Source: Parasitella parasitica NRRL 2501 | Taxonomy: Eukaryota > Fungi > Mucoromycota | NCBI GenBank assembly: GCA_025201805.1 | Contig: MU619297.1 | Coordinates: 57,724-121,723, forward strand | DNA: 64,000 bases | Direction of reading: 5' to 3' | Shown: piece after piece, positions 10,805 through 21,700 of the stretch | How positions within the stretch are numbered: position 1 is the first letter of the stretch | Layout of the letters: every line of letters starts with the position of its first letter | Program-made: the position numbers and the translations under genes | The notes under the pieces: generated by a model | The model's input: the letters and a program-made list of their open reading frames with translations, nothing else | Told to the model about the DNA's origin: nothing | Databases searched by the model: none

Positions 10805-10862
10805 ATTAAGCGTATTAAGTGTATTAAGCGTATTAGGCGTATTAGGCGTATCACGCGTATTA
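10804..10862. repeat. 9-bp minisatellite (GCGTATTA(A/G))n, about 6 copies
   Basis: TATTAAGCGTATTAAGTGTATTAAGCGTATTAGGCGTATTAGGCGTATCACGCGTATTA, directly at the rDNA fragment junction. Confidence 0.9.
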
Positions 10863-10919
10863 CTCGATTTTTTTTAAAATGATTTTTTTTTGTTTTAGCC
10901 TCTATAAATTCATATATAT

Positions 10920-12827
10920 TGTGTTGGTTTTGTGATATTTATATTGATGGTAAAAAAAATATAAATCTCTACCCATCAATATACACATCACAAAAACAAT
11001 AGAAAAAAAAAGATCAATACCTAGTGAGTGTCGAGACTTATCTAAGGCGCAAAACTTTAGTGATATTAGCCTTAGTTATTGACCTATGACTATATTGGTT
11101 GGTCTTGCTTCAAGAATCTTGGCATTTTGGCTTTGATGCCAGCTTTTTTTTTTCAATGGCTATATAACGTTGATATCGAAAATATAGGTTTCTTTAATAC
11201 TCTCATAAAATTTTGCTCAATAAACCATTATATTTACTTTTATACATTTCAATACTTTTATAAGCCTTGCGATTTATCTAAAAAAATTGTTTTTGATTTT
11301 CATGTCGACAACTAGATTCTATCATTACCTCCCTTCTGGTGATTTTGTTTGTGATCAATTAGATACAAAAGAGCCTGAATATCAGCCAAAAGAAGCAGAA
11401 GCGACTATTAATACGTTGTATCGTTTGGAGAATCTTTCGGATATTTCAATCTCGTCAGAGGAAGAAGAAAAATCTTTAGATACAGTAATGGCTATAGAAG
11501 AATTTGAATTAGGTTTGGCTCGTCTACCTGCCATGGTTTGGACACCAACAAAGTATAAGCCATCGCAGATGGCTGAATTCATTTTTCTAATCCAGAACCA
11601 TAACTTTAAAATATCTAAAGCTGCCGTAAAAGCTCAAATTGAACCTAAATCTGCCTATAAGTACCATAAAGAATGGAGAGCAAATGGAGGAACAGTATTG
11701 CCTGGTTATAAACTAGCATTTGAAGTTAAACTAAAAGGCAATAACATTAAGCTTACTGAAAACCACTCACAATTCATTGATAATTACGTTGAAATCGTCC
11801 AACCTGTATTGTCAAAGATGTTACCGACTGTCTTTGTGCTGCTTTTGATGATTTGACGATTAATGAATCAAGTGTCTATCGTCACATAACTGATAAACTT
11901 CAGTTTACACTCACTCGTACCCAATCAAGAATAGCAGAACGAAATTCCGAAGACACAATTGAAAAACGTCGACAATTTGTTGAGTATCTTATGGAAAATA
12001 GCGTCGATTTTGAAAGAAAATGCGTTTTTGCGGATGAAAGTGGATTTAAAAAAAAATATGGTGCGTCCTGTTGGTTGGTCCAAGAAAGGAACACCTGTGG
12101 AAGTGGAAGTACAGCCGGAAGGCACCAACCTGAGTATTTTGGGCTGCATGTCAGCCTATGGATTAATTGCAGTTTCTCAGCAGGTTCCAAAGTCCAAAGG
12201 CTATGAAAAGCAGAAGATAGCTGGTACAAAGAGAGCACTACCACATGGCACCAAATCATCACACTTTCTACTATTTGTGGAAGAAATGACTTCTACACTT
12301 AACAAGCTTGGTTTACATAATATGCATATTGTTATGGATAATGCCACGATACACAAAACCGAAGAAGTCGTGACAGCAATTCGTGACAATGGGCACACTG
12401 CTTTGTTTCTACCACCATACTCGCCTTTTTTAAATCCCATTGAAGAGTGTTGGTCAAAGATTAAGGGAGAAGTACGTAAAACGCCTCTTTTGAAGAACGA
12501 CAGAATTGAAGAGGCATTCAAGAAAGTTACACCTGAAGACTGTCAAGGTTGGATCCGTCACTCACGAAGATTATTTACAAAGTGTATGAATATGGAAAGA
12601 ATATAAGTTTATAATTAATAAATTTAGTTTTGTTAAAACTACTATAAGTTCTTTTTTTTTTTTTTTCTATTGTTTTGTGATGTGTATATTGATAGTCAAA
12701 CATTTCTACCGACGATCAAAAATTTCTACTGCTTGCCAAGAATTTCCACTGGATTTAAAAAATTCTATTGAATTAAAAAATTTCTATTGGCCAAACAAAA
12801 AATTCTATTTTCAAACGCAAAACACTG
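10920..12827 (+). mobile_element. Tc1/IS630-family DNA transposon (defective, left terminus not found)
   Basis: Contains a DD34E transposase. ~36-bp inverted repeats at 10975-11011 and 12657-12693 flank it. Right end ...CGCAAAACACTG|TA at 12827 (TA|CAGTG on minus strand) with six ~20-bp-spaced A(A/T)TTC(T/C)A repeats. Confidence 0.7.
11302..12606 (+). pseudogene. Tc1/IS630-family DD34E transposase, frameshifted
   Basis: HTH-like region (FKISKAAVKAQIEPKSAYKYHK), CVFADESGF, IVMDNATIHK-(34 aa)-LPPYSPFLNPIEECWSKIKG. Split over three frames (shifts near 11800 and in the A-run near 12050). Confidence 0.9.
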
Positions 12828-12974
12828 TACAAAGAGTGAAACATGAAGAGGTAGCACTAGGTTGTATTTTTAAAAAAGAAATATAATCATTGCGTATTTT
12901 TGTGATGATGTCACTAATTCTGATATTTTAGTAAGCACATGAATATCGCTTTGATTTTACTCTAGTATACTATT

Positions 12975-15318
12975 ATGGTTGCATTCCTTGGAGAAGAAGG
13001 TAAATGAAACAAGTAATGCTAGCTAGTGTATTAAATTTTTGCATATAGTTACAACAATTCGTCGAAAATTCAACAAAACCAACGTTTTATGGGTTTATCA
13101 ACAAATTTCAAACCAAAATTGCTGAATGGTCTCTGGAAACCAGTGCTTCAACTGTCCAAAGTCTGTACAGGACTTGGGTCACTCGTTTTAATATTACTGT
13201 TAGAAAAACCAGAAAAGATGTATCCTTAAAGTATGCTTGTTAATTTAGTTGGCTCGTAATTTATTTTAAGACTTACCAACTTGTTTTAAAGAACCACAAA
13301 ATTTAATGAAGACAAGTGGAACAAATTATTTGAGGAGTTGTCAGAACTGGTAAAGTCTAAGTTCACGCTGGTGTTATTCAGTATACCGGTATCTAACAAA
13401 GAGTTTAATATAACATAGAGTGAGCTCGAAATAGGCAGCAGAATACAAGGCCAAAAGCTTGCAAATAAAAGTATGAAGAACGCGTCGGAGAGATCTTTGA
13501 GGATATTGGAGCAGAGTGGCTCAGAAGGAAGCAACAACAGCAAAGAAGTAGATGGCGTTTTTGATACAACAGGTGCGGAAGATGATAACGTTGGTAGTAG
13601 CGAGGAAGAAGCAGGCAGAAATGAAGAAACTGATGGTAGCAGAGAAAGAAGCGAACCAGTCGATCAACTGTATAAGCTGTATTATAAAAAAGTAATATTC
13701 ACTCATATGTATTTTCTCTATCATTCTGCCTTGCTAATTGGTATTTCTGTATGCTTTTTAGTTTAATAAGCAAGAATTTGATTATGAAGAGAAGGCTTTT
13801 TTGAAGAAGATGATTAAGAAAACAGCCTGTGTAAAAGATAAAGTGCTTGGACTGGCATCAAAGTTGTTGTGGAAGGAGACCACAGATGTCGAAGATGATA
13901 TGATGCTGAAGTAAATATAATATTTTCAAAAACGTTGAGGCACTGGTCTAACAAGTTTTTATCCTGTTATTTGTTAGGCTGTCCTTATCAAATATTGTCA
14001 ACGTTATTCATCCTGAATCTTATGAAATTTTTTAAAAAAACATTGACGAAGAGAGAAATGAAGGCTGTCGACAACGTGAATATAAAGCTGTACGTGGGAT
14101 TGTCGAATGAAGATAAGAAGCTATTGAAGAAGATATTGGAAAGGTACACCCCAAAAGAACAAGTCTGCCTTGAAAAAATCATTGCTTACAACGGCTTCTT
14201 TGTTATAGTGGAGGTGCTGAGGACGATACTGACAGTATGATCATTGAGATTTTGAAGGAGCAACTCAAACTTAGGGAAGCAGGCTCAAAGAACAGTGACG
14301 CGTATAAGTTGCTCGACATCCTCAGATGCATGTAAATAACAGAATGTTCAAATTTAAAAATTGTCTGCACTAACGCGTTTATTATACAATAGTATTGAAA
14401 ATGTTGAAGACTACTCGGAAGCTGATAGTGAGTTGACATCATATCGACACTGCGCAAAGCTCTTAGATTGTCTTTTTTGTGGAACGGAAATGAAAATACT
14501 AGAGTATGTTGAAATTTTGCATACGTGGTAACTACAATGCTAAATGATTATGAATCTGTTAAAATCTAGTGGTGAGCCTGGTTGTTTGGCCGCAAAAGAG
14601 CAGATGATCGTAAATCATTCTTTTTTTCCTTTTTCCGGAGAAAATGTATTGTCAACTTGTGCCATAAGAAAAATTGATGCGATCGTTGTGACAAATTTAA
14701 AAAAAGAAAGAGTCGAATTGTCAACGAATGAGTGGAAGAAAAACTGTGTCAGCTCTACCACAGCCACGAAGCAGCAATCCAAAAATTTGCGAACAAACTT
14801 GTCAATATTGAATCAATTGAATCGAAAATACAGCATAAAAACGAAGAATGTAGTGGCTATGGATTTTATTGGTAATATGTACTAAAACGTGCAAGTATAT
14901 TCTAGACTTTAACAATAAGGACAAAAATTTTGACAAATAGGTAGTGCCGGCTACATGTATAGCTTAGAAGAAAAAGAAGGAGTATATGTTGCGAATTTGA
15001 TCGAAGAACTTTCCCTCCCCACGAACAAGAAAGAGATTAAACATGTCTCAGAAACTATCAATACATTTTTTAAGTTCAAGGTAAGGTAATTTCAATAATT
15101 CTTTAAATCACAAAACTCATTATTTTCCAACTTCAAAGAATCACTTGGAAAAACTGGCTGCCGAAGTTACAGAAGGTTTTGAAGCGAGATTACCAGCTTC
15201 GAGATTGAAAGGTGTTACTAGATTGAGAGTACATCATGAGGAGGCTCCCTGCGAAGCCCCTCGTGTTATGTTCTCACCAAAGCCAAAAAAAAGAAAATTG
15301 AATCAAGGTGCCCATTAG
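12975..15318 (+). CDS. Multi-exon PD-(D/E)XK / REase-fold protein (Crinkler-REase-like), possibly intact
   Basis: Exons encode SELTSYRHCAKLLDCLF, GEPGCLAAKEQM...IRKIDAIV...ELSTNEWKK...QQSKNLRTNLSIL...AMDFIG|SAGYMYSL...FFKFK|NHLEKL...PKKRKLNQGAH* (TAG 15316-15318). Many GT-AG introns; start codon uncertain. Confidence 0.65.
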
Positions 15319-15469
15319 AAACACTATTTAAATATACAACTTTTCTACGAGTGCAAAATGAAATTCATTAAAGTGTTTAATATTGTTGAGACTTTCGAGA
15401 GCCATAGGCACTTTCTGTTAGTTTTTTCCCTTTGGGCCTCAGACTACCTAATGTTTGATTCCCCATATA

Positions 15470-16833
15470 CAGGATTTCGCATTCAAAACGATGAAAATCA
15501 ACAGTTTTTGGTGAAAGTTACCTTTGAAAAAGAAGAACGTCTAGACTAAAAATGATGATGGTGATGATGTAAACGTAGCTAATTATTAGTAAAGTTCAGT
15601 ATAAATAAAGAGTTTATTGCCAAGTACCGGTAGTAGTCGCCTGCATTTATTCTTTCGTCATTTACGATACGTACCACCGCTATTCAAATGTCTTCTAATA
15701 ATGATAACTCTGCTACTTCTTCCTCAAAAAAACAAATAACAAGAAGATACACTCGTATTAGTGACCATGTAAAGAAGCTTATCATCGAAAAGCATCTTGA
15801 TGAAGACTTGTCCATTGCTAAAATTGCAAAACTCTTCAATTTGTCCTGGTCCACAGTTAATCACATCGTCGATCGATATATGGAAAGAGGAACCGTAAAA
15901 GACAAGTCGCGAGGAGGATGAGTCCAATCGCTCGTAAAACTCACCGAAGAGCACACCGAATACATTATCCACCTGCTGGACGATGACCCTCAGCTTACGT
16001 TGGGTATTATCAGAGACGAGCTCTTTAAGAATTTTCCCAACCTTGCTGACAAGGGATTATCCACTCAGCAAATTCACAAGCATATTCTTCAAAAAGTTGG
16101 TTTCTCGCTCAAGAAAACAAAACCTGTAGAAAATAAAAGAAAATTCCCCACAAGTAATTAAAAGCAGAAAGGTTTTTGTGGAGAATTTGCAGCAACTTGA
16201 CATCTAATAAAAAAGCAAATTGCGTCTTTTGTCGATGAGGCAGGCTTCAATGCCAACTTGATTCGAGGAAAAGGATGGTCAAAGAAAGGAGAAAATGCTA
16301 TTCTAAGGACCAAGACAAAAAGAGCAATTAATATTTCTGTTCTGGAGAATTTCTTACAATGGTATCGAAGATGTTTCCTTGAAACAAGTTCCTGGAGGCA
16401 CTACTGCCGAGATCCTCATTGATTTTATCAAACAAAACATTGCAAGCATTGACAGAGACAATGCTCCTCCGCATCATTTTATTATGGATTTTGCTAGAAT
16501 TCACATGGCTCCCAAGGTAAGGAAGTATCTTAAGAGTGCTCGCCACCACGTCCATTTTTTACCCGCCTATAGTCGATTCCTCAATCCAATTGAGGAATGC
16601 TTTTCTAAGCTAAAAGGGACTCGTTAAAAGAAAGCCTGGGCTCACAACAGCAGAGCTGATAAAATACATTGGGGAACAAAGTCAGAAAATAGCTCAAGGA
16701 AACTGCCATGGTTGGGTTGAAAAAAGCATAAGTTTCTTCCCTAAATGTTTTAACAGAAGAAATTTACTGAAATTAATAAAATCATCATTATTAGTCAAGA
16801 CTTTTTCTTCATCTCTTTGAATGCGAAATCCTG
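15470..16833 (+). mobile_element. Complete-ended Tc1/IS630-family transposon, 1364 bp, TA target duplication
   Basis: Left TA|CAGGATTTCGCATTCAAAACGATGAA; right TTCATCTCTTTGAATGCGAAATCCTG|TA (24/26 inverted match). TA at 15468-69 and 16834-35. Confidence 0.93.
15688..16770 (+). pseudogene. Tc1/IS630-family DD34E transposase with stops and frameshifts
   Basis: HTH (LSIAKIAKLFNLSWSTVNHIV...RGG*), VDEAGFN, FIMDFARIH-(34 aa)-FLPAYSRFLNPIEECFSKLKG. Confidence 0.9.
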
Positions 16834-16929
16834 TACTTTGTTTCACATCACCACCATCATTTTTCACCATAAACTATCTTTTTGAGATGCGAAATCCTTT
16901 ATGTAATAGTGAGATTTCCCTTATCCAGA

Positions 16930-18539
16930 TCACACCAACCAATAGGCATTCTATCAAAAAGGCAGAAATAAATTTGATTTTAGTTGGGTTTTCACATTCA
17001 CAGTGCTTGTATGATCATGCTACTTACGTTATCCTGTAAAAGATCCCCCACAAGGTCGTCCATTGGTTTCTCCAAGAAATCGCATAATAGCTCATTAGAA
17101 TAAGTTTGTTGAGGAGGATGCAAATGGATCGTTGTATGAGGAGTAGCAGGACTTGTGGTAGGACTATTATTTGAAGGCTTGTGATTGTGATAATGACGTT
17201 GATGATCTCCGTCTTCACTGCTACCGCTGCTGCCGCTACTATTATAGCCATTTGTACGAGCTACATTGTTCGGTTCCACTGAACCAGTTGGGGATATGAT
17301 GGCCTCGCACAAATGATTCACAAATTGAACCGTATCACTCTCTATGCTGCTAGCGGTATTATGGCACTAGAGGATATGAATTTAGCATCTTTTATTGCAA
17401 CCAAACTGGAATAACTGGCTTACCAACGACATCAGGTCGGAATCGCAGAGTAAAGAACGATAGTCTGGTTGCTGTGTCAGTATATTTCCCACGATGTTTG
17501 GCTGCGGGAGTGGAGGGGTGGGCGGTGATGGTGGCGGTGGCACTGGCGCCTTTTTCGTGATCAAACAAACAATGTATAACTGATTCAGTGTGCTTGGCGC
17601 GAATAAATCGCCACCAAAGCCACCGCCTAGGTGAAATTGACACTCGAATAACGATGATGGTAATTTGAATTTGAGAGTTTGTTTGATGGTCTGCGATCCA
17701 TTTGCAATGGATAATAGTTGAGCAGCTGATGTCGTCAGAAACGTTTCGGAACTAGCTGGAGTGAAGGAGATGGGCTGTGTTACATGGCGGTGGCAGTTGT
17801 CTAGAAAAATTCTATGGAGACGCGATAGAGTTTCTGATGAATCCGGGTGGATGATTTCGTAAAAGGAACAGTGGCCTAATTGTGTAGGATTTGTGTTGAG
17901 GAATTGGATTGATTCATCCGAGACACGAGCACAGCATAGATCCATGGAGAGAAACATCTGTAGCATAACGTCAAAATTACATGTACCTCATCGTATGCTA
18001 AATAATTACAGTCATCATTTCCGTGGGAGGTCGCTCCGCATCGTTTACAATCTCCCTGGATGCCGTCATTTTGAATGAGCTTGCAGGCAATGTGAAAAGT
18101 GAAGCAGCAGTTTGCAATGATGGGGCCAGCGATCGTGATAAAGCGACTATGGGTGGTATGGAAGGGTATGGTTTATTCACGGTTAATGTCGTCGCATGCT
18201 GCCATTTCTTGATAGATGTGAGTTTTGGTCTACCCCGCTTCTTATGTTTGATGTCAATGCAGCTATCCGATTTCCCTAATGTAGAACAGCGTTTGCAAGG
18301 ACGCGACACTACACAACAGCCAATGCGTCAGAGCTGCGGTTATACGGTGTGTGCTATGTTTTTCAACTTACAATCGCAAGCTAAATGCGCCTTTTTGCAA
18401 TTGATCTACAGAAATAGAATCAATACCCAATGCCACGTGCAAAATCCAACACTCTACTTACACAGGCTGTGGGCACATGCGTCGTTTTAGTCGTCTTTTT
18501 TTGAGAAGCCAAGATGGCTGAATCATGTTGAGCGCTCAT
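16930..18539 (-). CDS. Zn(II)2Cys6 transcription factor with PAS-like domain (ERT1/AcuK/Rds2-like architecture)
   Basis: Spliced N-terminus HVPTAC|INCKKAHLACD|LSRPCKRCSTLGKSDSC...KKRGRPK. Downstream exon MFLSMDLCCARVSDES...SFYEIIHPDS is PAS-like. 3' end inferred from a GTAAGT intron near 17027. Confidence 0.85.
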
Positions 18540-18725
18540 GTCTTGAAATGTATGTTTGTAATGGGGGAAAGAGAGAAGAAAAAGAGAGGAAACTCAAGTC
18601 AGCCTCACTTTGGTAAATCATACAAAAATATCAGTCAACACAAATGGAGAATATAGTTTGAATTAGGAAACCAGATTTCACACACTAAATAAGGCAAATT
18701 GTCCGATTTCAAATATATTTCTAAA

Positions 18726-21700
18726 TTATTTTGTGATATGGTAGGATCTACCCACACGGATTAATAGTGTACGCAGAGCCATGCGGATCTCTGGTAATAA
18801 GCTTTCTTGCCCTAAAAGTTCCACTGAGGGAAGGTAGAATCGAGGGACATGTCGTAAAAAGTCTTCGTCCTGCAGCTGCGCTAGGCCGTTGAGTATATTG
18901 ACGACGACGGGCGTCCACGCTGCAATGTTTTTTGGTTTCGTCTCATGATCAAGTTCTGCATACAGCGTGAATATCTCGTTACAGAGTCTACGGCCCGAGT
19001 TAGCTTCATGTTAAATACGAAAAAAAACACACCTCCCAGGACTTACGGTATTAGTATCTTTTCAATCTCTTCGCGCTTATCGTCTCTGTCATTGATGTTT
19101 TCCAAATTGGCATACATTCGCATCAACACTGACACGTAGCATCCACCGCTGGATGTTTCTTGCTTTAGTAAATTTGGAAGCTGCTTCATAAAACCTATCA
19201 GTGTGTTGTACCCAATTAGCAATCAGCATACTTTTTTTTTTTTTTTTTTTTTTTTCCTCCTCCTTACCGAATCTAAACAGGGCCATGCGGAGATCGTTGT
19301 CAATATTGAACTTTTTGGCGAAATGGAAGGAGCGACCCAGGCAGCCCATCAGTGCCATAAGGTGGGTGGCAGGATACACAGCGTAGACATTATCCTTGGC
19401 CAGTAAATCATTGACCGTCTGAATCAACATGAGCTGCAAAACGCACTTGATGATCACTTGCTGAAAGTTTCTTTGGCGCTCCTCACTGACTTCGACATCC
19501 AGAGATGAATCGTCGTGCTGCTGCTGCTGCTGCTGCTGCTGCTCATTCAGCGATTTCACTCTCTCGACCAAGTCTGCCGTGTCGTCAAACAATCCGTTGG
19601 CCGTGGTAGTTTCAAACAATGTGATAAACGTCTCTGTCACTAAATCCCAGCAACTGTCGTCAAACTTTTCGACATTTGCCTCAATGTACTGGTCGAGACA
19701 TTCGCAGCCAATATGTGCTAGCGTATCGTTGTCCTGTGTTATACACATGCTGAACAATCCCAATACATGAAGCATCATGTCTTTCATGTTGTCAAAGTAA
19801 TGCGTGTACAGATCAACCACATTACGGAGCGCCTCAATCATGGTAGTAGACAGCCACACGCTCAAGTCCTCGGGTGTCATCTTGCGCGTGTCGCCACCGT
19901 TCTTGAGATCATCAAACAAGGGGAATACAATTTGGCGCGATACGGTTGTCCAGAATTCAGGCGTAAATGTAGACCCATGCTTCTTTAGTGTCTCAAACAG
20001 ATACACTAGAGCACGCTTGCGCACCTCGACATCGTCGCTCTGCATGACGACTTCCTTCAAACCGTAGAGTACTGCAAACCAAAATTTGATCAGAAAGTCT
20101 AGGCCAGAGGCCGGAAGTGTGGAGGCTGTTGGGGCATGGGCGTCGCTGATCTCGAGAGGGGTGCTCTTGTTAGCAATCTCAATCATCTTGGGGATGGTGC
20201 CCTTGATCATGTCCAGCGCGGGCAGACTGATCTTTTGAAACTTTTGGTTCTTGGAGAACTCGACCAGACAAGAAATGTAGTCAGGGAATGTGCCATTCGC
20301 CACAATATCGCCAAAACGCTCATTCGTAACGCTGCGGACAATGTCAAATGTCATATGAACGATGGACTCTGAAGACTCGCAAGCCCCAGTGGCAAATACA
20401 GACAGCATTGTCTTCCAGCCAGACCGCAAGTGGTGGGGTCTGGCTTGGATCATCTGCGATAGACAGCGTAAGACCATGTCTTTAATGGCCACATCAGGGT
20501 TGTTGGCAAGCACTTGGCGGAACGGCATCAGAAAGTCCTTTTGGAACTTGAAATGCGGCAGTTCTTCCTTCTCCAGAAACTTCATGGCCAGTTGGCGCAA
20601 GGAATCGAGGGCAAAAAAGGCAACATTAAAGTTGGATTGGCAGCCAACCTTGTTGTAGTAGTCGCCAAGAATAGCCCAGATATTAGACCACTCCATACGG
20701 ATACGGTTCATGTTGTAGTAGGAGATTTCTACCAGCTTTTGCAGACTGTACATGCGAGGATGCTCCATGTGGGCAGAATTCACAATCTCCTCCCAAGAAG
20801 TCTCGCAGAGTGCGCGGACAAAGTCAACAATAGCTTCACCATTCAGATTGACAGTAGATGTGAACAGGCGGTCCACGGCAAGCACTAGTGATTGCGACGA
20901 GCTGGCAGATGTCACTTCCTCAGTCAAAGACAGCTGGGTGTTGGAGCGAGCAGTGTTGGCGCTACGACCACGACCACCCATAGTGGATGCACGACGCCCA
21001 ATTTCGATCGACGCCTTGCTTTTCCTGTTGGCGTCAGTGGGCCCACTACCAGCATCCATCCCGCTAGTGATTAATTGAAAGCGTTCCAGCTGGCTCACCG
21101 TAGACAAAATCTCCTTCCAGGATCCCTTGAGGTAGTTGCCGTCAACAGCCGCTACTTCCAACAAGGTTTTGATAGCTTCGACATTCTTGGGCTTCATTTC
21201 ATTCAGATTTGTCAAAAAGGTGAATTTGGTCAGCGTAGTGACAAAGGCATCACGTTGCAGATCTACGTCTTCAGATTGCACAGTGTGGAACAGACAGATG
21301 ATACGAATAGCGTTCTTGAAGCCCTCGAGGCAAAGACTGACTGTTGCCAAATCGTCAGACTCCTGCAGAGGACCTGAAACGCCAGCCAGAAACGCCATCC
21401 AAGCGACTTCAAACATGGGACGCACATGTTCGACATGCGAAGCAATATAGAAGGTGATGGTATCATTTTCGCCAGCACGTCTGCGGCTGGCTAACATGCT
21501 GCGGAACATGGCTTCTGTTTTAGACCCCATTTCTTCGGTGGCAGCTTGGTAGGCCTCTCGACGGACATCGCGGGTGATGCCAGCATTGACCAGGGCATTT
21601 TGAATACCTGCCATCCCCAACACACCAGCATTGCCAGGGGCAGCGACCAGGGCTGCTTCGTTGGCTGCATCGACTTCATCCTTCATCTTGATCTCGTTGT

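Noticed and set aside
10618-10854. ORF MIRLIRLIRLI...
   Set aside because: Antisense translation of the 9-bp minisatellite and rDNA.
10804-10862. Interstitial telomere repeat
   Set aside because: The 9-bp unit lacks the G-run of typical fungal telomeric repeats; no supporting evidence.
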